Shown: in pieces, positions 24,704-36,986 of the stretch
Layout of the letters: every line of letters begins with the position of its first letter
Position numbering within the stretch: the first letter of the stretch is position 1
Source: Octopus bimaculoides
Taxonomy: Eukaryota
DNA: 64,000 nucleotides
Direction of reading: 5' to 3'
NCBI RefSeq assembly: GCF_001194135.2
Contig: NC_068992.1
Coordinates: 6,823,517-6,887,516 of the forward strand
The notes under the pieces: model-generated
The model's database searches: none
Seen by the model: the letters and a program-made list of their open reading frames with translations, nothing else
Told to the model about the DNA's origin: nothing
Program-made: the position numbers and the translations under genes

Positions 24704-26803
24704 GTCTGTAAGATTTTGTCAGTAAGATGCTGGATAGATCTAGAAACTACTTTTATTTTTGTTAGATAGATGCAGTACTCTAGTGCTTCACTTTGGAATA
24801 TATTCTTGTGTATTATATTAATGAGTGGTAAGTGATCCCCCATTGATATAATAGCATTCTCCTTGTGAGAAAAGTTCTGTGGCCTGGTTTTGATTCTAGA
24901 TTGTAGCTAATGTCATGACTTTACACCAGTAATTCACTTGAGAGAACCTGATTCAGAACCTGATTCAGAGTTTTTAGCTTTTACTAAATTTATAGTTACA
25001 ATGTTTCCATCTTTAGATTTTCTGATAGTTTCTGTTGTCTTTAGCTGACTATGGTGAGCAAACCTATGTTGTCTTTAGATATTTTGTGATTTGCTATTAA
25101 TTTTCCTGACATCTAATATGAATTCAAGCAAATGTTGATTTTGAAACCTTAATGATATCACTGTAACCATTAAAACTGCTTGTCTTCACGTATTTCCAGT
25201 TAGTTTCACAATTCTCTTTGATCTTGTGATATATTTACACAATCATTGCTGAATCTTCATAGCAAGTCTCTGTTTCCATTAGTTTTGTTTTGTTTTCAAC
25301 TATGTCTGTTTCTAATGTAATTTCTGCTGTTGCCTAGCTTCAGTAGTTCCATTTTATTTTGAATAACCTTCAGTGTTGTTAGAGAGATTGAAGAAGACAC
25401 AGGCAGTACTCTTTGTTGAGTAGCTGCAATAATCTCTGCTTGAGTAAACTTATGCTATGGAGATAGCATATTTGAGTAAACTATAGAAATAACTTACTTG
25501 AGTAAACATGATGTAAGGAAATAATTTGTTTTATCAGTGTTCCATCCTATCTTTATTATGTGTTTTTTTTTATGTTAGAAAAAAATATGGTGGTTCTTGA
25601 TGTAGGCCTATTATACTGAACTGGCTGAATAATAGTATAGATACTCTTTTTTTATTGGCTCATTTGTCGTAAAATGTCTTAGGTCTGTTTTACGGTGCCA
25701 TAAAACTCATAACAGCTGTATAACATGTTGTTCTTGCTACTCAGCACAGGAGCCAGGTTAATAGAGTTTTCATTTCATGAAAGAATGTTGTTTTTGAATG
25801 TGCCAAAATTTTATTTTGAGTGGATTAACCATGATATGGGTACAATGTATTGATTTATTTCCTTCTGTTTCAAAATCTATCTGGCAGCAGGTGCTTGCTT
25901 CTACAATAAGCAAATAATTAATTATGTATGCTACCACACAGCAGGAGAATTAATAAGTTTGGTATATAGTGAGACATAGGATTTATAATAGTTGTGTCTA
26001 ATCGTGGTTATTGTTGTAATTGAACCTAAAGTCATTTGGCATGCATTCTCTCTACAACAACCATCATTAGTGTTAAAATCAATAGGAGAAAGTGAATAGA
26101 TGATTTTACTACTTTAGTTAGCAACCTACACAGTGAACTATCAAAACTGATCATGTATATCAAATATATACTTGCCTGTATTCATGTGTATGTATACATC
26201 TCTGCCCATATATGGGTTTTTGTTTGTCTACGTGTTAGTATTTGTGATATGAGTGTGTATTTCTGTATTTTGGGGGTGAATTGATGGCAGATTTCCATCA
26301 AAATTCTTTAGTAGGAAAGGAATAATTTGTAAGTAAAACTAATTATGGTAACAACTGCTTTATCTCTTTTGATCATGATTGATTGCCAAAATGCTGAAGT
26401 ATCATTTCTACAGTGTGAACTACTTTTCATAATAGACCAGAGATTTAAAGTCAGTGTTTGTCAAAATTATCCAGCTTTTTGCTTTATGGAGAAAACAATT
26501 ATCTTGTAAGAAAATTCAAGTCGATTTTCATTCTTTCATTCAGCATGCTATTATATAGTATAAAAAAAATTCTCCTTCATCACGTTATGCCAAAGCTAGA
26601 CCACCAAAAAATACAAGTTTTAAACTTCACACAGATAATTTTGGTTAGTAGTAAGCATTGTAGAATAGCGGTAGGTTAACAATAAATGAAGCTTAGAATG
26701 GGGTTTTGATTTAGTTAAAGCCATTTCTCTTCAATGTCATTAATGCTTTCGAGAAAGACATGAGCATCACAATTCTCATTTGCTCTTCACACACAAGTAT
26801 ATA

Positions 26804-26955
26804 TGGTTGGCATTAGGAAGGGCATCCAGCTGTAGAAACTCTGTCAAATCAGATTGAAGCCTGGTGTAGCCATCTGGTTTCACCAGTCCTCAGTCAAATC
26901 GTCCAACCCATGCTAGCATGGAAAGCAGACATTAAACGATGATGATGATGATGAT
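26804..26955 (+). mobile_element. Short retroposon family C, 5'-truncated
   Basis: tggttggcattaggaagggcatccagctgtagaaactctg...ccaacccatgctagcatggaaagcagacattaaacgatgatg. Confidence 0.9.
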
Positions 26956-28091
26956 ATATATATATCGGCAAATGAGACTGATAGAAAAAAAGACTAGATT
27001 TAAAGAAAAAGAAAAAAACATTAGTACTGGGGTGTATTCATTGGAAAACCCTTTAATGTGGTGCCCCAGTACGGTTGCAGTCCAATGACTGAAACCTGTA
27101 AAGCTAAATCATTGCATGTGGTGAAAATGAAACCAGAATTTTGCTGCTAAATATGTAATAATCAACCTAATGCATGACAAAGAGTTTATACAGTGGGAAA
27201 AGAGACAGCTAATGTTTCAAGTAGATCTTTTTGTCTGAGAGAAATGAAATGTTTGTGTTTCTAGAATAATAGATTAGGTGTAGTGAATGAGGGGGAAATT
27301 ATTATAACAGTGAAAAGGAGGAGTGAAAAAGGGAGAGAAAGAAATACCAACTGTTTGGTGGAAGCGGGGAAGAGGCAAATGGAGAGAAAATAAAAGGAAT
27401 GCTAGTAAATTTGAAAAACATTGAAAGGATGAGATACTGACAAGAATACACTACACACATAAATATCTCTACAAATACATACATGCATACATTGTTGCAC
27501 TGGTTTACTCAACATGACAAGTAAGAAGCTAAGAAGAAATTACTCATCCTGGGTATTTTAGTTCATTATTTCATAGAATTACTTTTGTAGATAAGAGTGG
27601 ATTTCATAGATATCTCACCATATTCTTATGTTGGGAGAAAGCTGCACTTAATTCTAATCATTCCAAATTACAAAACTAGAGTTGAACATCCATAGAAATG
27701 TTCTTCAGGTGAAGTTAATTATAAAATTATGCTCATCAAATCATTCTCAATTTCTGTCTTGACAAATCTGTCCTTGTTAACATCAAGGTTATTCAAGTTG
27801 TTGTAATTATCTTCAGATATGGTGTCTAGTCGAGTGTAGACAATCCAATAAGAGAAACTCTCTGTGGTTACTCTCCCTGTTTGAAATAGGAACTGAATCT
27901 CCTTCAAATCACTCCCTGCCAACATGAACGAATTGAAGACACATTGGATAATGTAATCTACATGCAGTCCACTCACTAGAGAGGGTGGAAAAGTATTAAG
28001 CATTAGGAGAGGAAGGAAAATGGTCAAAACGAGATCTGAAAAACATTGACAGGAGAGATAATGGCAGAGAATTACTATAAATACACACACA

Positions 28092-28127
<36 letters not shown>

Positions 28128-28128
<1 letters not shown>

Positions 28129-28510
28129 AGGCATATGCATGGCTTGCTTCTCAACCATATGATTTTGGGCTTAGTTCCACTGCATGTCACCTTGGATAAG
28201 TGTCTTGTAAGTGGGTTTGGCAGGCAGTAACTGGTAGAAGTTTATTGTAAATGTGTGTGTGTGCGTGTGTGCATGTCACCTTGTCCTGACATCATGTGAT
28301 GGTTGTCAACAAGTATCATCATACAAGCAATGCTGCTCGTTTCCAGTCTCCCATGGAAAACATGTTTGGCGAAAGTGAAATATTACTTTATTTTGAAATT
28401 GGTGAGGGATGGTAACAAGAAGGGTGTCTGGCTGTAGAAAATCTATCTCAACAAATTCCGACTCCTGCATACACAGAAAAGTGAACATTAAACCGATGAT
28501 GGTGATGATA
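28128..28510 (+). mobile_element. Diverged SINE with a family A-like head, internal (GT)n and a C/RTE-like tail
   Basis: Head gcttgcttctcaaccatatgattttgggcttagttccactgcatgtcaccttggataagtg, then (GT)n, then aagaagggtgtctggctgtagaaaatc...aacattaaaccgatgatggtgatg. Confidence 0.6.
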
Positions 28511-31500
28511 TATAAATGCACTAGCATGCACAACTACATACAAACACTTAGATGCATTTTCATGCTGCTTGGGCTGTGTAACTATTTACTAACACATTTT
28601 CTCTCATTTTCTCTTACAATGTTTGACAAATATGGAATTTCAAACCAACTCCTTTCAAAGCTAACAGAGAATCAATCATTTTAGATTATGTAATTTCATT
28701 AGTTTATAGAAATTATAGTCTTTTAAAATCTACTTAGATTGAAAATGGGACAGTCATAGCTAAAATCCTTTTGATCATGGATCTACTGGGTAAGAGCTGA
28801 CTTGGTGTTAACAACTACAGTAAGTAAAGTATAGCTGAGGAACACCCAATAAGTCATATTTGCTATCTTCTTGTGAGTGGATTGTTAATTAGATTTCATT
28901 TCATATCATTTCATTCTAACCACTTACATATGTATATATGTAAAAGATATAATCACCACAGCTTCCAATTAATTCACCTGTAAACATTTGATATTTATGT
29001 AGAGAAATATTTATGTCAGTTTTATGGAAAATATCAGAAGTATATGATATAGATATTAACAGCTGATTATTTATATTGATCATTGATTTGTTCTTTATGA
29101 GCCAATGAAGAAGCTTCTATACAATGTTCTGACCTGCTATAAATAGCAGCTAAGTTTCTCATGATTTACACTCTGCTCTCTTAAATGGAAAGAAAGACAC
29201 TTTGCAGAACTAGTCCTAGATATACTTATCTACACACGCAGGCATAAACACACGCACAAAAAAAAAATAATAAATAAAACAAGATTAAATAGTGCCTGTT
29301 AGAAAGCCATGTATCATAAGCCTGCTTCAGCAAGGGTAGCCTAAGAGTAAATAACAATTGTCCCAGTGATTTTTGTTTTAATGACCTTATGGTGTGTAAA
29401 TTATAACTTAACCTTAATTACCTAATGTCACAGAATGGATACCATGTAATATAACATAGTTAGATCTTTTATGAACATATTTCTAATGAAATGCATTGTC
29501 CATATGTTTTAATTAATTTTCAAAATAATGAAGAATTAGTAAAGATTTTGTAAAATAACAGATATTTTCATAATTAAGATGGCATTTGGAATATAACTTA
29601 ACAAATTGTTCTTATATAAAAATTATGATGGAGAGTTTTAATTTAAATATGAGCACTTAAATTTAGAAGTTTTGTGTTATGAAACTAGAAGCCATCTCAG
29701 GCATATTAGTATCAAAAGGGTTAATTAGAGGAGACTATTTTTAAAATTTTCTTTTGGCTCTAAATTACTATTTTATCCAATGAAATTGAGTTTAGTCGAG
29801 ATTGATGTTTGTAAAATTCAAATATAAATTCTCTTGTGATAACAGAATTAATTGGAAAACTGATAACTGATATTTTTATATTTAAAAATAATTGTGTCAA
29901 ATATACTTTTAAATCAGATGACAAAATACTAGGAACAGGGGTCAGGTTAAATGAGTAACACGACCTCCTGCAAAATACGAGTTTTTGATTTAATTATTAA
30001 CAATAGCTAAAGGTTAATGGATTCTATCAGGGTCCAAGGACAAAGAAAAAATTTTTTAATGAGTTTCCGGGCAATCACTGTATGATTACTTGACCTACAA
30101 AAAAGAGCTGTTAAATCTTCCTAAAATACACTTCACCATCTCAGATAAATAAAGGACATATTACATAATGTAGTTGTTGCTGTTTTAATTATAAGTCCAC
30201 TTTATCAAGGTTAACAACCTAGACTAAAACCACATGTAATTCTCCTCTCAATACATTAAAATATATCCCACAGGCAACCTCTGACATTCTTTATCTTGAG
30301 CCATTTTTTAAAACCCAATTGTTGACACTATTATTTCTAGCTTTATTTGCTTTGAGTTTCAACATTCCCAAAAAGAATTTATTCATATTCATATTTTTAT
30401 TAGAAGAATCCATAATGTCAACCAAGATATATATAAAAGAGTTATGGAATGGAATGGAACCTCAGAAGTGGTAAAATCCAACCACTTCTGAGGTTCCACT
30501 CACTATGAAACATGTGTAGCCCAGATTTCGCATACTCCACTCTGTAACTCTTGTAGCGTTTTCTGCATACTCAGCAACCCTCATTGCCTACTGAGGAATA
30601 TAAAAAGAACTTTTTTTCCAGTTTGTCATTCTTCGATAAAAGTTTAAAAAATCCACAGCCTTCCCCTCTCAATAAACCACTATTGTTCCTGAAAGTTTTT
30701 TTTTTTTTTATATTCACTACGGATTGCTTGAAGCTAACTTTCTTCCTACACCTCAGTCCCTGGATCTTACATTCATAGATAGACAGACAGATAGATATAG
30801 TGTACTTTTTTTTTTGTTGGTGCCAAACTGTAAGTGTTGTATATTATTGCAATCAATTCTTTGCATTAGCATAGACTTAAATATATGAATATATGAAGGA
30901 TCCTGAAATCTTTAGTTCACAATTAATAGCTGAAGGATTGTTAGTGTCTTTGATTTTGCACAAAATTTTGCTTTGTTTGATTCCTTCATAATAAACGGTA
31001 GTAATTTGTACAGAAGTTGTTGAAGCAAAGTAATTTTTGTTGAATTTCACACTTTCATGTAATGTCCTATAAATTATATCATTAACCAATATTGAAAGTC
31101 GGAAGAAAGAGTTGAAGCTAGATTTTGAATATTTTCTTAATTAGGAATATCGTGCTTTTAATCAAAGTTAACCAATTTATTTCTCTAATTTCATATTCAT
31201 TGATAATATTTAATTCAGTGTGAACACTATGGAATAGATTTTAATGAATTTACATGATGTATTATACACACATTGGTAATTCATAATATTCATGGAATAT
31301 ACTTCCAAGATGCTTTCATATTATTAATAAAGTGCAAGTCTATCATGGGTAAATATTTTCTAGTGATTGGCAAATAATATGCCAATTATTGAATAATAAT
31401 GCTTGTGATGGTGATGAAGATAATGATTCTAATAATATGGAAAAAGTTCACACACGACAAGGTTTTAGTTATTACGTAGTCTCTTGACCTGCTAAACCCA

Positions 31501-31669
31501 TTAGCATTCAGATTGCTCTGTCAAATGTAATATTTATTTATTAACATTGAATTAATCATGCATTATCTTATAGCTTTGAGATTTTAATGAAGGAATAGTT
31601 TACTTTTAGGATGACAATGTAGGGTAAATGTGAGAGGCTAGATCTGGTCAGTTTGTATATAAAACAAGT

Positions 31670-32790
31670 AATTTCGATCAAAAGGGATTGTGGGAACAAA
31701 AAAGCTGATCAATAGGGATCGTGTATCACAGAAATGTCAATGTAAAAAAGGAAAACAGATTAGGTTTATCCGTGGAAAGAAAAACCTACGGAAAAGACCA
31801 CGGTAACCTTGGGCAATAATGTCATGCAAAAAAAAAACACATTACAGAAAGTGACTCTCCTTTTTCCTTTCTTTTTTTGGTTCATAGGATTATGCTCAAG
31901 CTGGCTCCATCATTCACACGTGCCATTCTTGCTACATTCACCCATCTTTTTTTGAAACATTCACTAGACAAAACTTCCCTTTCTACTCTTACCTTCCTCT
32001 TCAAGTGATACTTGAAGAAGCTGATGAGAGATTGACCAGAGAGGAAAGTCTTTGTCTCTAGACCTTTCAGACACATCCACCATACACATTCTTTTGCCAT
32101 AGCCACAAGTATGATGAAAATGGCTCTTCATTCCATTTCAAGGAAGGAGGCGCAACAATATTCACGATAGACTCGGTTGATAAACTGACTCGTCCCACAT
32201 GCGATAGCAGTAGTTCGACATAGGCCCACAGTTTGGAAATGGTTGGACATTGTACGAGTGCATGCAGGACGGTTTTGTCACTCTGACCGCATCTCTGGCA
32301 GGTCGGCCCCGTGTTTCTCGAGCCATGCCTCTAGAGCTTATCCTGAATGGGTAGTGCTTCTCAATAGCACTGCCAGGCCAGGGATCTCTGGAAGTTGTTC
32401 ATAGGTCCTGGCCTGAAAGTCGTCTTGAACAGGTGGGTCAGGTATTCCTCGTCGATGCCCAGGTTCACCACAAGATCGTCATTGTACCTCCCCTCCACTA
32501 ATCCCCCATAGAATGCTTTGGTTGTGTTAAAGTCATTCAAGGTTGACCCGGGACGGCATAGTTGCTTGAGATCAAAGCGACACTCGCAGTGCTATTCACC
32601 CTTTCTCGGCTTCTTTTTGATCCACGACTGCAGTTCAGTCATGGAGACGAGCTGCAGGAAAGCGCGCCTCACAAACGGCAACCACACCTGTTCACCGTCA
32701 TCGACAGAGAGCCGGAGACGTTGCAGCCTCAGCATGTGTCTGCACATCATTAACCACGGCCAGCCCTCCTTTTGCCTCACTCTTGTTTAC
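31670..32790 (-). mobile_element. L1/Tx1-clade non-LTR retrotransposon, 5'-truncated ORF2 3' end plus 3' UTR, pseudogene
   Basis: GC- and CpG-rich island. Minus-strand translation gives QKEGWPWLMMCRHMLRLQRL...FQRSLAWQCY*EALPIQDKL*RHG...CQRCGQSDKTVLHALVQC (zf-RVT CCHC finger), then LWAYVELLLS, a frameshift, and IFIILVAMAKECVWW...FFKYHLKRKVRVEREVL...KRWVNVARM. Three in-frame stops and one frameshift. Confidence 0.9.
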
Positions 32791-35339
32791 TTCATAAACT
32801 AATGCTTCGGAAAGACAGATTCCATTGTGAGAAGAGATATTTGGAGAGTTGCAATTAGATAGTGAAGAGCTTTTTTCAAGTTTGGTGCTTCAATTAGCAT
32901 GCTTAGATAGAAGGAACATTTCCAGTATAAAGTTTTTGATTTAATAGTACCTCTCCTTAAAGATTTCATTATTATATCTATGGTCAGCAGGGCATGAATT
33001 TTCTACAAAATTTAAGAAAATCCTGAAAATATTGAAAAACACTTTTAAACTCTATGAAGGATTGACTGTATGAGATTTCATTTATTTTTGCATTTTTAGT
33101 GTTAGTGCTGTTCTGTACGTAATATACTCTATCTTTGATGGGTGAAGAAACTGCTGCATCAACAAACACAGTTATAACAGCAGCTATAAATATTCTTATC
33201 AAAATATTTATATTCTGTACAATATATTGATACTTTTTTTTCTGATGTTTGTAAATCCAAGCACATCTTCTTTACCTCTCCTCCCTCTCTCTCTCTCTTT
33301 CTCCCTTTTACACACACATGAGCACATGTGTGAAAATATCTTATATCTTCAAGGAAACTGGTGGGGGAGGTTCCAGACCATAGGACGTCCTTGTCATGAA
33401 GTTTGTCAAGGGTATATGGTGGGGTCTGTCACTTTATGCATCATTGATGATGATAATGATGATGATGAAGACTACCATCATAGTGTATAATTATAAATTG
33501 AAAATAATAAGCACAAATAGTAATTAAGATGAATGGAATATTATCTTAGATAATATTTATTTAACAAATAAATATCATGTTTCTTCTAAATGGTTCTGCC
33601 TGATTAAGAAATATCTTATGCTTCATTTCAGTTTCCTTTTCCTACTGAACAAAGATTGCGCTGTTTGAGGAATTATTTGCTTCTGTATATGCCAGGAAAT
33701 ACTGTCTGATACACTTTTCAATTTTGTTTATGTATTTAATTTTTTTCTCCTCATATTTGAATATTTTAATCAACTTATGGGCAATCATGCATCATAAATA
33801 AGAAAGATATCATTTAAATTTAAAGACATTTAAAATATCAACTACAAACTATCTTCACTCAAAACGCAGGAAAGTACATTTAAAAAATATACTTGCAAAA
33901 TAGGAAAAAAATCTATAAACTAATATTCTCTGAAGCTATAATAGTAGGAAGCCTTGTTAAAATCATTGATTCTTGAAATGAAATATATTTAATTTCTACT
34001 TGAAAAACTAAATAAATTTAAGATATGTTTTAATTTTTTTCTCTGCAATTTTTACATTTCTCTGTCATGTTTGCAATGAAGAACTTCAACACTCACTCTC
34101 AAAAGAGAATATGTTTAAAACCATTTTGATACTAGCCCACTTAAGAAAGCCACTTATGACACAAAACCTTTTGTTTAAATAGGATACTGAAAAGTCTGCC
34201 ATCATAACTTTATCTCAGAACCATTTTGTTACGTTCCAACACCAGTTTAGTAAAGAAATGCCAGGTTATTTTACCAAATCCTTCCACATTTTGGATTAGG
34301 TGGTGATTTCAGATCTCTTTCAGAAATTACAAGAGATCTAGTTAAAAATATTTATTTAATCAACAAAATTTCATACAATTTCTTTCTCTTAAGCGTGCCA
34401 CATGTATCAGGTACGTACAAAAAAGAATTTGCATATTAACATCATTGATATTTCTATTATTACTATCAGCGGCATATATATGATGGGCTTCCAGACAGTT
34501 TCCACTCACCAAATATTAGTCAGTCAAGTTTATAGAAGACACTTACCACAACCATATATTTGCAAAATACACTTCTTTATCAAAAAGATCATGTGCTTAA
34601 TCCGTAATTGTTTATTCTAATAATTATTTCTCACATTGACACAAATATACAGGGGTGTTTTGACAAGAGTAGGGGGATATTTAATGAAATTGACTCTAGT
34701 TGTGAACTGGTACTTATTTTATTGGAAGAATGAAAGTTAAATGAGACCCTGGTTGGATCTGAACTTAAAATGTGAAAAATATAAAGGATTGTCACTAAAT
34801 AGTGTAATTTTTTGCTAATGCACTATAGATTCTTCTAATAAGCAGTCTAATTAATTCTATTTATAAAACTTCTTTTCTGCTTAGGTGTGAAGCCATATGA
34901 CAACAAAAGAAATTCAGAAGCGAATAATCAGGTGTCTAAATCTCATATTATTTCCAGTCATTTATTTAATAAATCAATTTATTATTGAGATACAAAGGTT
35001 GTTCAAAAATAAATATTTCTATAATACTGGATGTAAATTTGTACACTGAGTTGATAGTATATCATCATCATCATCATCGTCGTTTAATGTCCATGGGGTG
35101 GAGGAAAAGGGCAAGCACCAACTAATATTATTCTACAGTTGCTTTTTATTTTCCATGAAAATAATTTCCATGATTGTATCTAATGGCTATAGATAGTCAA
35201 TAACTATTCTTTACCATAATCTTCACAAGATAGCACAGAAACCTTTTCATATCTTACAAAAACAAACGCTATTCTGTACCCCATCTTTGTATGAATCTCT
35301 TGAAATGTGATAGAGATGGAGATAGGGAAGTGAGGAATT

Positions 35340-35705
35340 CCAACTGCGTTTTGGGATTTGCCACTTCAACGGCTCCTTTATAAGATCCAGTGGCTGAAGA
35401 CATCATCAAGGGGAACCACGTCCAGTTTCAGCCCCCTACTCCTCTACCGTTTTCGATGTGGCAGGGCCCCCACTTTCGGAGATGTCTTCAGCTTTGGTGT
35501 TGAGTGCATTTCTTCTTTCTCCTTCTTTCTTCTGTTCTCTGGCCTCTTCAATGCAGCGTCAATGAGTATCAGTGGGCAGCTGACCATCCTGCCAAATTTC
35601 CCTTTAAATACTCGCTGGTAGGCTCTAGCAACCAGCACCAGCTAGTTGTCACATGACACTGTCTAAACTTCACCTGACCAGTGGAGGGGAAGGGCGCGTA
35701 ATCTT
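35340..35705 (-). mobile_element. GC-rich fragment, possibly a retroelement ORF1/gag remnant
   Basis: Isolated GC- and CpG-rich island. The minus strand gives FKGKFGRMVSCP (degenerate zinc-knuckle-like) followed by a charged low-complexity run. Weak. Confidence 0.3.
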
Positions 35706-36624
35706 AGCTATTGGTTTTGAATTATGGGGCAGTGACAATTTAATGTGTTCTAAAAGTATGAAGATGTATCACAAAATTTTCTGAGGTCAGAATATTTTAT
35801 TGCTAAATTTTTGTATTTTGCACATTAAAAATAATCGTCAATTACCTATTTCACCCATGCATGCTTCCTCTTAGTTGCAAGCCGAAATAGGTCCTATTCA
35901 ATTTAAATATAGCATATTTATAGTGTCATTTGATATTTATTGAAACAAAAGTGTATTACAATCTTTAAAATGTGGGCAGGCATTCAGTTCAACCATCTTT
36001 TAAAATTTTCATTTAAATTGACTGAGGTTTTATTTTTTAAATTTCTCTGAAATCCTTATGGAATTAGAAATAGAGATATATTGTTACTGCACTCAAGATG
36101 GTTTATGTTAATAGGGAATACCTTTAACTCTGCACTCAGTATTTTAATAAACTGCAGAATTAAATTAGTGCTAACATATTCATGCAGTCAGCATAAAAAG
36201 CTAATTAAAATAATTATGCATTGAAGATAAGAACATCAATTCATTAGCTATTATCATTTTAATTATTCCACCTTCATACCTGCTGGAATAATTTTTGATG
36301 TTGCTGGAGTTTCTCAGAAAGTGGGTGTAACCATAGAAAAATTAACCCCAACGTACTCTTGTGTGATCTGCATAAGCATGCAAAAGTAGATGTCAAAAGA
36401 ATGATGATTTTATATATAATGTATGTATATATGTATGTGTATATGTATGTATATATGCATGTATTACAGTATTCATCAGACTATTGGATTTTGTTGTACA
36501 CCACTGGTCACAATGCACTTCCTCACATTTGGTTTTTGTAATGGGTGCTGAGCAAACAGCACCATCTGTATTAACAGACACGCTTTTGTTTATAATCGGT
36601 GCACATGAGATGTGCAAACCCTCT

Positions 36625-36790
36625 TTCCCTCACACACACACATACATCATCAGTGTTTTTCTATCAATTTCACTCATAAGGTATTGGTCAAACTGCAGCT
36701 ATATTAGTGGACATCTGCCAACGGTGTCCATGCAGTAGGATTGAACCCCTAACCACATGATTCTGAAGCAAACTTCTTAATCACACAATC
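36625..36790 (-). mobile_element. SINE family A, 5' part, diverged
   Basis: tttcactcataaggtattggtcaaactgcagctat...gattgaacccctaaccacatgattctgaagcaaacttcttaatcacaca. Confidence 0.6.
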
Positions 36791-36945
36791 GTCTTTTTCT
36801 CTCTCTAGACACAGATGCGCAAATATATATATATACATATATATATATATANNNNNNNNNNNNNNNNNNNNNNNNNNNNNNNNNNNNNNNNNNNNNNNNN
36901 NNNNNNNNNNNNNNNNNNNNNNNNNNNNNNNNNNNNNNNNNNNNN

Positions 36946-36986
<41 letters not shown>

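Noticed and set aside
25416-25507. CRISPR-like repeat-spacer look
   Set aside because: The repeats are only 10 bp, the spacers are 14-22 bp, the context is eukaryotic and there are no cas genes.
27719-28120. 133-aa minus ORF with a good acceptor and a YTRLD motif reminiscent of L1 endonuclease
   Set aside because: 27830-28035 is a plus-strand copy of the abundant gaaatagcagccaaatct repeat, and the ORF starts in (GT)n. An ORF of this length is near chance expectation.
36393-36617. Cys-rich minus ORF (CSAPITKTKCEEVHCDQWC), vaguely TSP1-like
   Set aside because: No polypyrimidine acceptor, flanked by microsatellite and SINE, and the motif match is weak.
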